Shown in pieces: positions 10,136 through 20,317 of a stretch of DNA of 64,000 bases. The first letter of the stretch is position 1; each line of letters starts with the position of its first letter. The stretch covers positions 29,425 to 93,424 of the forward strand of contig DYGB01000002.1 of NCBI GenBank assembly GCA_020724905.1, written 5' to 3'. The notes beneath the pieces were generated by a model. It was given only the letters and a program-made list of their open reading frames with translations, had not been told where the DNA came from and ran no database searches. Source of the DNA: Candidatus Paceibacter sp. (GTDB taxonomy: Bacteria > Patescibacteriota > Minisyncoccia > UBA6257 > JAGOQP01). A program made the position numbers and the translations under genes.

Positions 10136-11416
10136 TTACTGAGTTATTTTTTGGTTAAGTGTATCGACAGCTTTTTTGATCCATGAATCAGTTCCAGCGG
10201 TATAGGTGGGGGTTGTTGGATCTTGGGTTGCGTCTTTTTCAAGGGTAATGTCTGGGGTGATACCATTCCCATCAATCTGATGTCCTTGAGGAGTGAGCCA
10301 ATGAGCTATGGTTACTTTTACCATTGCTTTTCCACTGAGTGGAACAAGTTCTTGGACTGTTCCTTTCCCAAATGATGTTTCTCCTATGATAGTCGCATTA
10401 TTTTGTTCTTTGAGGGCTCCTGCAACAATTTCTGATGCTGATGCTGATCCTTTGTTGATAAGGATGGTGATGGGTTTTGAGGAAAGGAGTGAGGGTCCTT
10501 GGGAAGTAAATGTTTGTGTTGCAAGGGGTTCTCTGAATTCTTCTTGTACGATAACCTCTCCTTTTTCAACAAACCATCCTCCAATAAAGGTTGCGGCATG
10601 AAGGTATCCTCCTGGATTATTTCTTAAATCAAGCACAATTCCTTTTGAGCCGTAGAGAAGTGCTTTGAGGGCTGCTTGTTGAAATTCAAATGGTGATTGT
10701 TCGTAGAAATTATAGATACGGATATAGGCGATATCTCCGTTTTCATCTTCATCTCCTTCTCTATTGAGACGTTTAAAATCAAGTGTAGGAAGATCGATAC
10801 GTGCTCGTGTAATGGTAATATCTTTTTCTCCTTCTCCCTCTCTAAAGATACTTAGGACAACATCTGTTCCTATTTCTCCTCGAATCTTCTGTACTGCTTG
10901 AGCTGTGTTAAGTCCTCGTGTTGTTTCCCCGTCAATTTCAAGGATATAGTCCCCTGCTTGTATACCTGCTTTTTCTGCAGGGGTATTTGCAAGAGGAGCA
11001 ACGATGATAAGTTGTCTGTTTTCATCAAGTCCAATCTCTGCTCCAATGCCACTAAAGTGTCCTTCTATTTCATTGGTGAATTCTTGTGCATCTTCTGGAG
11101 GGAAGAATACAGAATTTTGGTCTCCGAGGGATGCAACGAGTCCTTGGATTGCTCCATAGACAAGCGCTTGATTGTCATCTACTTTTTCAGATGATACATA
11201 TTTCGATTTAAGAACATTCCATGTTTCCCAGAAAAGGTTAAAATCTGCAACATCCTCTTCGTGTTCGAGGTTTGCTACTCCTGAAATTTCTATGTTCTTT
11301 GTTTGTTCAAATCCACTTTTAAATCCAAGTGTGTAGACAAGAAAAAGGACTCCGATGGCAATGACTATGGAGACACCAATAATTCCTATTCTTTTTATAC
11401 TCTGCATCTGTTTCAT
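10136..11416 (-). CDS. ctpA: carboxyl-terminal processing protease (S41) with PDZ domain
   Basis: PDZ (GIQAGDYILEIDGE) plus S41 catalytic region (GSASASEIVAGAL...GETSFGKGTVQ); N-terminal TM anchor. Confidence 0.85.
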   Translation of the reverse strand: MKQMQSIKRIGIIGVSIVIAIGVLFLVYTLGFKSGFEQTKNIEISGVANLEHEEDVADFNLFWETWNVLKSKYVSSEKVDDNQALVYGAIQGLVASLGDQNSVFFPPEDAQEFTNEIEGHFSGIGAEIGLDENRQLIIVAPLANTPAEKAGIQAGDYILEIDGETTRGLNTAQAVQKIRGEIGTDVVLSIFREGEGEKDITITRARIDLPTLDFKRLNREGDEDENGDIAYIRIYNFYEQSPFEFQQAALKALLYGSKGIVLDLRNNPGGYLHAATFIGGWFVEKGEVIVQEEFREPLATQTFTSQGPSLLSSKPITILINKGSASASEIVAGALKEQNNATIIGETSFGKGTVQELVPLSGKAMVKVTIAHWLTPQGHQIDGNGITPDITLEKDATQDPTTPTYTAGTDSWIKKAVDTLNQKITQ

Positions 11417-11490
11417 AGGGTTCTGTTGAAAAAGTGTATCATAGCGGTGGTAAAAAATATAGGCCTTTTTGCTTCTTTTTTGTATAATAG

Positions 11491-14091
11491 ATGCATATGC
11501 ATACTAATCCGTGGACGCTTGATCAGGGACATATTTTTTCTCACTACAAGACAGGAGAAAAAGGGCTTCTAGAATCTCAGGTTGATGAGCGACGAAGCAC
11601 GTATGGAAAGAATGTTATCAAGACAAAACGTCAACGAGGACCACTACAGATATTTCTCTCTCAGTTTAAAAGTCCTCTTATCTTTATTCTTATTATTGCT
11701 GGGATTGTAACACTTTTTTTAAGGGAGTGGATCGATGCGTGTGTTATCTTTCTTGCCATCTTTGTGAATGCAGCACTTGGATTTTATCAAGAGTCACGTG
11801 CAGAAAAATCACTTGAACTTCTTAAATCATATGTGAATGACAGGGCTCGTGTTATTCGAGATGGTGTTGAGATAGAGATTGATGCACGAGAATTAGTTGT
11901 TGGGGATCTTTTACATCTTTCTTACGGGTCTCGTGTTCCTGCTGATGCTCGCATTCTTTCATGTAAAGATTTTTCTGTTGATGAGTCTATCCTTACAGGA
12001 GAATCTCTTACAATTACCAAACAAAGTACTTCACTTCCTGCTGCCACTCCCCTTCCTGAACGAACGAATATGGTGTTCAGTGGCACATTAATTACTGAAG
12101 GATATGCAACAGCTATTGTTACTGCGGTAGGAGAACATACAGAATTTGGATCACTTGCTTCATTGGTATCAGAGACAGAGCGAGCCCAAACACCCCTGCA
12201 AAAGTCTGTTGGTCGTCTTGCCCGTTTTATCGCTATCTTTTTTATACTTTTTGTTATTGTTATTTTTGCTCTTGGAGTATGGAGGGGTGAGTCTATTGTT
12301 GATATGTTTGTTCTTTCTGCTGCTGTTGCGGTTGGTGCTATCCCTGAAGCACTTCCTATTGCACTTACTGTTGTGTTAACTATCGGTGTTGAGCGCATTG
12401 CTCGTCGGAAAGGTATTATGAGAAATCTTTCTGCTGCTGAAACGTTAGGGTCTACCACACTTATTATGACTGACAAGACAGGAACCCTTACCGAAGGAAA
12501 TCTTCAGTTCTTGGCGTCTCGTTCCTATGCTAACGCGTATTCTGATGTCCAGATGCTTCGGTTAGCTTCATATAATACTGATGTATTTGTTGAACACAGG
12601 AATCGTCCTCTTTTAGAATGGAATGTAACGGGGAAACCTTTAGAAGTAGGAGTTATTCGTGCCCTTATCAAACAGAATGATCATACGTTTCTTGGGGAGT
12701 ATGTTTCTTCTGATGCATTTCGTGTCATTCTCCCATTTAACTCAACAAACAAGTTTTCTGTTTCAGTGTATGAGGCAACTTCTCAGAAGTGGATTGAGGG
12801 GATCGATTCTTCTCTTGTGTTTGTGGGAGCTCCTGATATTCTTTTGGGAAAATCATCACTACAAGGTAAAGAAAAAGCATTAATTGAGAAAGAAATCGAA
12901 GCGTTGAGTAGTGAAGGGAAACGTATCTTAGGGGTCGGAATACATACGCTCCCCTCCTCTCTTGATCCTACAAAAGTACGTGATATAGAGGGTATTACAT
13001 TTGTGGGGTTATTGTTGTTTCATGATCCGGTTAGAGAAAGTGTTCCCGCTTCTATTGCTGATATGGAGAAACACTATGGGATTCGTGTTGTTATGGCAAC
13101 AGGAGATCTTCCAGGGACAGCGCTTGCTGTTGCGCATCAGTTAGGATGGGATGTTGATGCTTCTTCTGTGATGACAGGAAAAGAAGTTACCCTTCTTTCT
13201 GATGAGGAATTATTAATGAGACTTCCCTCTATACGTGTGTTTGCTCGCGTTACTCCTCAGGATAAGTTGCGCATTGGGCTTTTATACAAACAACAAGGAG
13301 AAATTGTTGGTATGACGGGAGATGGGGTGAATGATGCTCCATCTCTTAAGGCTGTTGATATTGGTATTGCGGTAGGGTCAGGAAGTGATGTAAGTAAAGA
13401 TGTTGCTGATTTAGTGTTACTTGATGATAATTTTACTACCATTGTGTCTGCTATTGAGGAAGGAAAACGTGTTCTTGCCAACATGAAAAAATCTTTTGTC
13501 TATCTCATGTCTAATTCTCTTGATGAGGTAGCCCTTATTGGACTAAGCTTATTTGCAGGACTTCCTCTCCCCCTTAGTGCGCTTCAGATTATTTGGGTTA
13601 ATTTCTTTACTGGAAGTATTCCCTCTCTTTCATTTGCCTTTGATTCAATCATTGATACACAAAAGAACCCTAAAAAAACACAAGGAAATATTCTTGATGG
13701 TGAGGTGAGGTTTTTAGTGTTAGGGATTGGTGTACTTACCTCACTTCTTCTTTTTGCTATCTATTGGGTACTTCTTGATCATGGATATGATGAAACCATT
13801 GTTCGATCATTTATTTTTACTTGTTTCTCTTCGTATATTTTGTTTGGAGCTTTTTCATTTAGGAGTCTCAAAAAACCTCTTTTCTCGTACAATATCTTTT
13901 CGAATACATTACTTAACATAGGAGTGGGAATTGGTATTCTTCTTATTATTGGCTCACTCTACGTTCCTTTTCTCGCATCTCTTTTTGGTGTGGTTCCCCT
14001 TTCTCTTCCATGGATTGGTGGAGTGATACTGTGGGGTATTGTTTCAGTCTTTCTTATCGAAAGTGCCAAGTGGATGTATCGAAATCGATAG
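11491..14091 (+). CDS. cation-translocating P-type ATPase (P2-type, Ca2+/Mg2+-like)
   Basis: DKTGTLT phosphorylation motif, TGES actuator motif, GDGVNDAPSLK hinge; 10 TM topology. Confidence 0.85.
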   Translation: MHMHTNPWTLDQGHIFSHYKTGEKGLLESQVDERRSTYGKNVIKTKRQRGPLQIFLSQFKSPLIFILIIAGIVTLFLREWIDACVIFLAIFVNAALGFYQESRAEKSLELLKSYVNDRARVIRDGVEIEIDARELVVGDLLHLSYGSRVPADARILSCKDFSVDESILTGESLTITKQSTSLPAATPLPERTNMVFSGTLITEGYATAIVTAVGEHTEFGSLASLVSETERAQTPLQKSVGRLARFIAIFFILFVIVIFALGVWRGESIVDMFVLSAAVAVGAIPEALPIALTVVLTIGVERIARRKGIMRNLSAAETLGSTTLIMTDKTGTLTEGNLQFLASRSYANAYSDVQMLRLASYNTDVFVEHRNRPLLEWNVTGKPLEVGVIRALIKQNDHTFLGEYVSSDAFRVILPFNSTNKFSVSVYEATSQKWIEGIDSSLVFVGAPDILLGKSSLQGKEKALIEKEIEALSSEGKRILGVGIHTLPSSLDPTKVRDIEGITFVGLLLFHDPVRESVPASIADMEKHYGIRVVMATGDLPGTALAVAHQLGWDVDASSVMTGKEVTLLSDEELLMRLPSIRVFARVTPQDKLRIGLLYKQQGEIVGMTGDGVNDAPSLKAVDIGIAVGSGSDVSKDVADLVLLDDNFTTIVSAIEEGKRVLANMKKSFVYLMSNSLDEVALIGLSLFAGLPLPLSALQIIWVNFFTGSIPSLSFAFDSIIDTQKNPKKTQGNILDGEVRFLVLGIGVLTSLLLFAIYWVLLDHGYDETIVRSFIFTCFSSYILFGAFSFRSLKKPLFSYNIFSNTLLNIGVGIGILLIIGSLYVPFLASLFGVVPLSLPWIGGVILWGIVSVFLIESAKWMYRNR

Positions 14092-14394
14092 TTGTCAGAC
14101 CTTTTGTTCTGTTGTATTCTTTTTTATATGATAGACAAGAAAGAATATAGCGATCTTTTGCATGCACGAAAAAAAGAAAGTAGAGTGTATCAATCATTTC
14201 AGGCAACAGCACTTGCTCTTGCTGAGATTCTTGAAGACAAAGAACACGTGTCGTTGTACATGAGGCTTGCCAAGAAATATAACAATCAGGATTTGATACG
14301 TATTGCCAAAACAGTTGCAGAGAAAAAAGAGATTGAAAACAAAGGAGGGTACTTTATGACTGTCCTTAAAAAAAGTGATTTTTTTAACACGTAG
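14092..14394 (+). CDS. hypothetical protein
   Basis: 100-aa ORF immediately downstream of the ATPase; no recognised motif. Confidence 0.35.
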   Translation: MSDLLFCCILFYMIDKKEYSDLLHARKKESRVYQSFQATALALAEILEDKEHVSLYMRLAKKYNNQDLIRIAKTVAEKKEIENKGGYFMTVLKKSDFFNT

Positions 14395-14395
14395 T

Positions 14396-14917
14396 ATGTC
14401 ATATATCGAAAAAGAAAATCTTCATATGTGGGTAAAAGGAAATCCTCTCCAGGAGGCATTTTTGCGTACCCCTACTCCCCTGTTTGATTTTTCTTCTTCA
14501 AGAAAGGAGGATCGAGAAGAACTTATTGCTCATATGGAAAAGATGATGAGAACACATTATGGTGTTGGACTCTCTGCAAATCAGATTGGACTTCCTTTAC
14601 GTGTTTTTATTGCACGTCTTCCTGGAAGTGGAAGGTCACGATATCAAGGACCACTCTATGTTGTATTTAATCCTTCATTTTCTCACACATCATTCTTAAA
14701 AGAATGGGGTGAGGAAGGATGTTTGAGCATTCCCGGTGTCTATGGAGAAGTGAAACGATACAAGAAGGTAACACTTGTAGGGCAAGATGTATCAGGAAAG
14801 GATATAGAGATTGCTGCTGATGGATTTTTAGCACGCATTTTTCAACATGAACTTGATCATCTAAATGGTATTCTTTTTACCGATAAAGCACGAAATATTG
14901 TAACAAGACATGACTAA
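14396..14917 (+). CDS. def: peptide deformylase
   Basis: Motifs GVGLSANQIG, EGCLSIPG, QHELDHLNG; start placed at ATG 14396 directly after the upstream stop. Confidence 0.9.
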   Translation: MSYIEKENLHMWVKGNPLQEAFLRTPTPLFDFSSSRKEDREELIAHMEKMMRTHYGVGLSANQIGLPLRVFIARLPGSGRSRYQGPLYVVFNPSFSHTSFLKEWGEEGCLSIPGVYGEVKRYKKVTLVGQDVSGKDIEIAADGFLARIFQHELDHLNGILFTDKARNIVTRHD

Positions 14918-15740
14918 CATTCCTTATATTTTTTTTGGTACTCCTCGATTTGCTCAGATTGTTCTCTCTGAGCTATGTGAGAAGGGTATGGCTCCTACAC
15001 ATGTTGTGTGTAATCCTGATAGGCCACAGGGACGAAGTGGTATACTTACCCCTCCTCCCGTAAAGGTCTATGCTCAGCAGCAGAATATTCCTGTATTACA
15101 ACCAGAAAATTCAGAGCAACTTACTGTGATGCTTTCTGAGCTTTCTGTCTCCTATGGCGTTGTTGCTGCTTATAGTATGATCATTCCTTCTTCTGTGCTT
15201 TCACTTTTTAAAGCTGTGTTAGGGGTGCATCCTTCCCTCCTTCCTCTCTATAGAGGTTCCTCCCCTATCCAATACGCCCTTCTTGATGGGGTAGAGACAA
15301 CAGGAGTGAGTATCTATCTTTTAGATAAGAAGATGGATCATGGGCCCCTGATTGCATCAGAGGAGATTGTAGTAACTGATACTGATACTTACAGCTCTCT
15401 TGAAGAAAAACTTGCCTCCCTTGGGGGATCTCTTCTTGTATCTTCTTTTCCCTCATTTGTGAAAGGATCTTTGATACCCCAGGAACAGAACCATGAGGAT
15501 GCAACATATACGAAAAAAATACATACCGATGATGGGTATGTTGACCTTACAAAAGACAATCCAGAAGATGTGTACAGGAAGATACGAGCCTTCTATCCTG
15601 AACCTGGGGTCTATACCCTTATTGAAGGAAAACGCACTAAACTTCTCTCAGCCCATAGAGAAGAAAACGGTATTGTTATTGATGCTATTCTTCCTGAAGG
15701 GAAGAAAAAAAAAGAGGCACGTATTGAGTTGTGGAAATAA
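14910..15740 (+). CDS. fmt: methionyl-tRNA formyltransferase (short form)
   Basis: N-terminal formyltransferase domain IFFGTPRFA..; classic def-fmt operon with 8-nt overlap. Confidence 0.85.
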   Translation: MTNIPYIFFGTPRFAQIVLSELCEKGMAPTHVVCNPDRPQGRSGILTPPPVKVYAQQQNIPVLQPENSEQLTVMLSELSVSYGVVAAYSMIIPSSVLSLFKAVLGVHPSLLPLYRGSSPIQYALLDGVETTGVSIYLLDKKMDHGPLIASEEIVVTDTDTYSSLEEKLASLGGSLLVSSFPSFVKGSLIPQEQNHEDATYTKKIHTDDGYVDLTKDNPEDVYRKIRAFYPEPGVYTLIEGKRTKLLSAHREENGIVIDAILPEGKKKKEARIELWK

Positions 15741-15839
15741 TGAGAGTAAGGGTTATAACTTGACCTGTATATAAATATATGTAATAATATATCTATATAG
15801 GTCTTTTACATATTTTATATAAAACAAAAGAGGTGGAAA

Positions 15840-16319
15840 ATGAAAAAGTACCAACATTTCACAGTTACTAGTCAAAATATTCAAATTCCTCAGCAAACCT
15901 TCAGTAAAAATGAATTTTTCAAAAAAAAATTCATTTGGATGTCAGATAATTTTGGAAAAGACATCCTTCCTGAAATTGAAGAAATTATTACTCCGGCATC
16001 TTATGTCCTTACTTCTCTTAAACTAAACAGATCCCTCTCCGACTCTTCTATTAGAAAAATTCTTGGTAAGGATGAGGTTGTATCACTTCATCAGTGGGCG
16101 CAAGAAACATGTGCACTGATGGAAGAACAAAGTGAGGGGCAAGCCGGTCCATTGCTCACCGACGGATATGCAAATGTCCGATACGTACAATCTAGCAGTG
16201 GGACCATTCTTGCTATAGGTGTGCTCTGGATCGATGGGGTTCGTCAGTGGTATTGTTGCGCATGGGAGTTGGATATAAGCCTTTGGAGTGATGATTGTGG
16301 GTTTTTTATTAGAAGTTAG
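15840..16319 (+). CDS. hypothetical protein
   Basis: 159-aa ORF with upstream AT-rich promoter region; no family recognised. Confidence 0.4.
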   Translation: MKKYQHFTVTSQNIQIPQQTFSKNEFFKKKFIWMSDNFGKDILPEIEEIITPASYVLTSLKLNRSLSDSSIRKILGKDEVVSLHQWAQETCALMEEQSEGQAGPLLTDGYANVRYVQSSSGTILAIGVLWIDGVRQWYCCAWELDISLWSDDCGFFIRS

Positions 16320-16366
16320 TTTTTCTTCTCTCCTTATATATTCTTCTCTTTTTCCCCTTTATTCTT

Positions 16367-16390
16367 ATACCCCCTTTAGGGGGTATTTTT
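16367..16390. terminator. bidirectional terminator hairpin (ATACCCCC-ttta-GGGGGTAT) between convergent genes
   Basis: Perfect GC-clamped inverted repeat followed by TTTTT; abuts the nrdB stop. Confidence 0.55.
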
Positions 16391-17393
16391 ATTCATCCCA
16401 ATCAAGTGATCCTGATTTGTATTCTGTGACACGTGTTTCAAAGAAGTTCTTTTCTTTTTTGAGATCTATAATTTCACTCATCCAGGGAAATGGATTTTTT
16501 GTGTTATATACCTTTGGAAGTCTAATTCTTTCAAGCCTTCTATCAGCAATATATTTAATGTAGTCATGAATAATATCAGCATTAAGTCCTGCAATTCCTT
16601 TTGGAAGAGAATCTTTTGCATAGGCATATTCTAGTGCAACTGCCTTTTTAATATTTTCTACAATGGTATCTTTGAGTTCTTGGTCCCAGGCTTTGGGGTT
16701 TTCATCAGCAATGGTATTTATCAGATCACTTCCAAATGCAAGGTGGACTGATTCATCTCGAAGAATAAATTGAAACTGCTCCCCTACCCCTACCATTTTG
16801 TTTTGTCGTAAGAGTGAGAGCATCATGGCAAATCCTGCATAAAAGAAAATTCCTTCCATGATAACGTAGTATCCAACAAGATCATGGATAAAGCGTCTAA
16901 TATCTTCTGGCGTTTTTGTTTCAAATGAAGGATCAAGAATTGATTTTGTCATATTAACAACAAACTCATCCTTCTCTTTGATGCTTGGTATGGTCAGATA
17001 CATGTTATATACCTCATCAGGATCAAGTCCCAGTGTGTCACAGGTGTAGATAAATGTATCAGTATGGATAGCTTCTTCATAGGCTTGCCTTAAAAGATAC
17101 TGTCTGCACTCTGGATTGGTTATGTGTTTGTAGATAGCAAGGACGATGTTATTTGCAGTAAGGCTCTCTGCTGTTGAGAAGAATCCTAAGTTCCAGAGAA
17201 TCATACGCCTCTCATCTTCACTGAGTGCAGTAGGACTTTTCCACATCTCAACATCTTTTTGCATGTTTACCTCTTCGGGGACCCAGTTATTAGCGACACC
17301 ATCTTTGTAGTGTTTTCGTGCCCAGGTATATTTAATGGGAAGTATTTTATTAGGGTCAGTATTATTACAGTTAAGAATTGTTTTTTTCTCCAT
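16389..17393 (-). CDS. nrdB: class I ribonucleotide reductase small (beta) subunit
   Basis: Ferritin-like R2 fold motifs (EAIHTDTF..., EGIFFYAGFAMM), C-terminal ...DWDE. Confidence 0.9.
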   Translation of the reverse strand: MEKKTILNCNNTDPNKILPIKYTWARKHYKDGVANNWVPEEVNMQKDVEMWKSPTALSEDERRMILWNLGFFSTAESLTANNIVLAIYKHITNPECRQYLLRQAYEEAIHTDTFIYTCDTLGLDPDEVYNMYLTIPSIKEKDEFVVNMTKSILDPSFETKTPEDIRRFIHDLVGYYVIMEGIFFYAGFAMMLSLLRQNKMVGVGEQFQFILRDESVHLAFGSDLINTIADENPKAWDQELKDTIVENIKKAVALEYAYAKDSLPKGIAGLNADIIHDYIKYIADRRLERIRLPKVYNTKNPFPWMSEIIDLKKEKNFFETRVTEYKSGSLDWDE

Positions 17394-17407
17394 AGATGTT
17401 TTTTACA

Positions 17408-20098
17408 TTACTCACATGCTTCACATATATTTTCGCTCACAATGACGTTTTGTGGACGAGAGGTATGGTGCTTATTAATATCAATAGTACTTTTTTCTAT
17501 CGATGATGCTCCAAGCGTTCGTAAATAGTATGTTGTTTTGATTCCTTTCTTCCATGCGGTTTGATAGATGCGTCCAATTTCTGGTCCTGACTGACTTGTG
17601 GTAAAGATATTTAACGATTGACTCTGATCGATCCATTTTGATCTTCGGGCAGCATGTTCGATAATCCAGGATGCATCAATCTCAAATACTTCTTTGTAGG
17701 TATCTCTGATGTGTTGAGGTATTTCTTCTATCTGTTGAATACTTCCTTCATAGTACTTTATCTTCTCAAGCATGTCTTGGTTCCAGAGATTTTCTTTTTT
17801 CAATGCTTCTACAAGGTGTGTGTTAATAACGGTAAACTCTCCACTGAAATTAGACTTAGTATAGAGGTTTTTATATATCGGTTCTATTGAAGGAAGACTT
17901 CCTGAGATATTTGCAATAGTTGCTGTTGGAGCTATTGCTAAACAGTTTGAATTACGCATTCCTTGTGTTGCTACCTTCTGTTTGAGCTCATCCCATGGAA
18001 GAGAGCTTTCCATGTTCACTTTTAAGGGCTCTGAGCGCTCTTTTTCAAGAAGTTTTAGCGTATCAAGGGGAAATATACCCCTTTCCCATTTAGAGCCTTT
18101 ATATGTCTCATATGAGCCCTTTTCTTTGGCAAGATTACTTGATCCTTCTATAGCATGATATGAGATATATTCCATGAGGGTATCGGACAGTGTCACCGCT
18201 TCATTGCTGTCAAATTTCATATTAAGGAGGTAGAGTGCATCCTGCCACCCCATCATCCCCAGCCCTATGGGTCGATGTTGTATATTTGATTTCTGTGCTT
18301 CTGGGGTTGGATAAAAGTTGAGGTTGATAACATTATCAAGCATACGGATAGCGATATGAATTGTTTCTTTAAGATCTTCCCAGTTAAGACTAGAGTCTGT
18401 AACGAAGTGAGGAATGTTAAGAGAACCAAGATTACACACTGCCGTTTCTTCTTTTGAAGTGTTGAGCGTTATTTCTGTACAGAGGTTTGAGCTATGGACC
18501 ACTCCAACATGATCTTGAGGGGATCTAATGTTGCAAGGGTCTTTAAAGGTAATCCAGGGGTGTCCTGTTTCAAAAAGTTGGGTAATCATTTTCCTCCATA
18601 ACTTTTGAGCAGGAATTTTTTTGTACAATGCGATATTCCCCTTTTCTACTTTCTGTTCGTAGTATTCATAGCGTTCTTTAAATGCAGCTCCATAGAGATG
18701 GTGGAGATCTGGGGTTTCGTTAGGAGAAAAGAGTGTCCAGTCTGTATTCTCTGCAACACGTTGCATAAAGAGATCAGGGATCCAATGAGCAGTATTGGTA
18801 TCATGTGTTCGTCTCCTATCATCCCCTGTGTTTTTTCTCAGCTCAATAAAATCTTCAATATCATAGTGCCAGGTTTCAAGATAGACACAGGTTGCTCCCC
18901 TTCTTTTCCCACTTCTGTTAATCGCAGCTGTTGTTGAGTCAACAATTTTTAAAAAAGGAATAACTCCTTGGCTTCCTACATTGGTGCTTTTAATATGAGC
19001 ACCCGTTGCTCTAATGTTGGTCCAATCATTCCCTATTCCTCCTGACCATTTTGCGAGTTGTGCGTTATCTCCAATTGCTTTAAATATGTGGGTTAGATCA
19101 TCTTCTACAGTAGTAAGGTAACAAGAACTCATTTGTGGATGAGTTGTTCCTGCATGAAAGAGTGTTGGGGTTGAGGGAAGATAGCTGAGTGATGACATGG
19201 TGGCATAGAAGGTTTGGGCCCACCTGTCTTTATCGTTTTCTTCAAGTGCTAGTCCCATAGCAATACGCATCCAGAAGTATTGTGGGAGTTCGTATATCTG
19301 TTGTGCATCGTCTTTCATAAAGTATCGGTCATAGAGAGTTTGTGCTCCAAGATACTGAAAGAGTGTGTCACGCTCTGGTGCCAAAGAAGAAGCAAGGGCT
19401 TCTAAATCAAATGAGAGAAGTCTTTTGTCATATCGTCCTAGTGTTACTCCTTTTTTGATACTGTCTTTAAATTTTATTCTGTACTGTTGCTCAAAAGTAG
19501 CATCATGTGATGCTACGCCTAGGATGCTTTCATAGAGATCATCAAAAAGTACACGGGTGGCGGCGTATGAAAGACCTGGTTCTTGTTCGATTCGTGCTCG
19601 AAGAGAGAATATAATGAGCGTTCGTATCTCTGATGCAGGAATATGATGATATACTCCCCTTTTAACTTCATCGATGATATCTGGAATGAGGGAATGGTAT
19701 GAAGGATCTATTGTTACGGACAGGTATGTATGAAGAATTTCTTTACTAAAAGGTTCTTCTTTTCCTTTTCTTTGTATAAAAAGTTGTTTCTGTTGTATTT
19801 GTTTTTCTTTTTCTGCTTCTCGTTTTTGAGTACGTTGCTGTCTATACAGGGTATAGGCATGAGAGACAGTACTATATCCTTTTTCTTCAAGGGTACGCTC
19901 TACTTTGTCTTGTACATATTCAACGGTGGGGGTGTCGGTGGTAATAGTTGCTACTACAGCATCAGTAAGGGTAACAAGAAGATCATGAGTGTGGGGAGTG
20001 TTTGTTGCCTCAAATGCTTTTCCTATCGCACGAGTTATTTTTTCTTTCTCAAAAGGGACCTTTGCTCCTGTTCTTTTTTGTATGTGTGTGATAGGCAT
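17408..20098 (-). CDS. nrdA: class I ribonucleotide reductase large (alpha) subunit with N-terminal ATP-cone
   Basis: ATP-cone start (KRTGAKVPFEKEKITRAI), catalytic NLCTEI motif, 896 aa. Confidence 0.9.
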   Translation of the reverse strand: MPITHIQKRTGAKVPFEKEKITRAIGKAFEATNTPHTHDLLVTLTDAVVATITTDTPTVEYVQDKVERTLEEKGYSTVSHAYTLYRQQRTQKREAEKEKQIQQKQLFIQRKGKEEPFSKEILHTYLSVTIDPSYHSLIPDIIDEVKRGVYHHIPASEIRTLIIFSLRARIEQEPGLSYAATRVLFDDLYESILGVASHDATFEQQYRIKFKDSIKKGVTLGRYDKRLLSFDLEALASSLAPERDTLFQYLGAQTLYDRYFMKDDAQQIYELPQYFWMRIAMGLALEENDKDRWAQTFYATMSSLSYLPSTPTLFHAGTTHPQMSSCYLTTVEDDLTHIFKAIGDNAQLAKWSGGIGNDWTNIRATGAHIKSTNVGSQGVIPFLKIVDSTTAAINRSGKRRGATCVYLETWHYDIEDFIELRKNTGDDRRRTHDTNTAHWIPDLFMQRVAENTDWTLFSPNETPDLHHLYGAAFKERYEYYEQKVEKGNIALYKKIPAQKLWRKMITQLFETGHPWITFKDPCNIRSPQDHVGVVHSSNLCTEITLNTSKEETAVCNLGSLNIPHFVTDSSLNWEDLKETIHIAIRMLDNVINLNFYPTPEAQKSNIQHRPIGLGMMGWQDALYLLNMKFDSNEAVTLSDTLMEYISYHAIEGSSNLAKEKGSYETYKGSKWERGIFPLDTLKLLEKERSEPLKVNMESSLPWDELKQKVATQGMRNSNCLAIAPTATIANISGSLPSIEPIYKNLYTKSNFSGEFTVINTHLVEALKKENLWNQDMLEKIKYYEGSIQQIEEIPQHIRDTYKEVFEIDASWIIEHAARRSKWIDQSQSLNIFTTSQSGPEIGRIYQTAWKKGIKTTYYLRTLGASSIEKSTIDINKHHTSRPQNVIVSENICEACE

Positions 20099-20317
20099 AT
20101 GTTTTTTATGGGGTTAAAAAACTGCCTCCAGAAAGGTATTTCGTAAAAGCAGTTTTTATGTGTACTGTGTGTCGCGACAAACCCGTTTGTTCTTTATAAG
20201 GAGGATCGGACTCTTACCGTTGCGCGTCAGTGATGGAATTACACCACACTTCACTCCTCTAAAGTTCAATTGTTGGTTTAGTATTATGACATACTTTCCA
20301 CTCTTTTCTGTGGATAA

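Noticed and set aside
16288-16563. 91-aa plus-strand ORF
   Set aside because: It runs through the bidirectional terminator hairpin and antisense into nrdB, so it is spurious.
20160-20200. NrdR box upstream of nrdA
   Set aside because: Only an ACAC-rich non-palindromic segment is present, with no match to the palindromic NrdR consensus.
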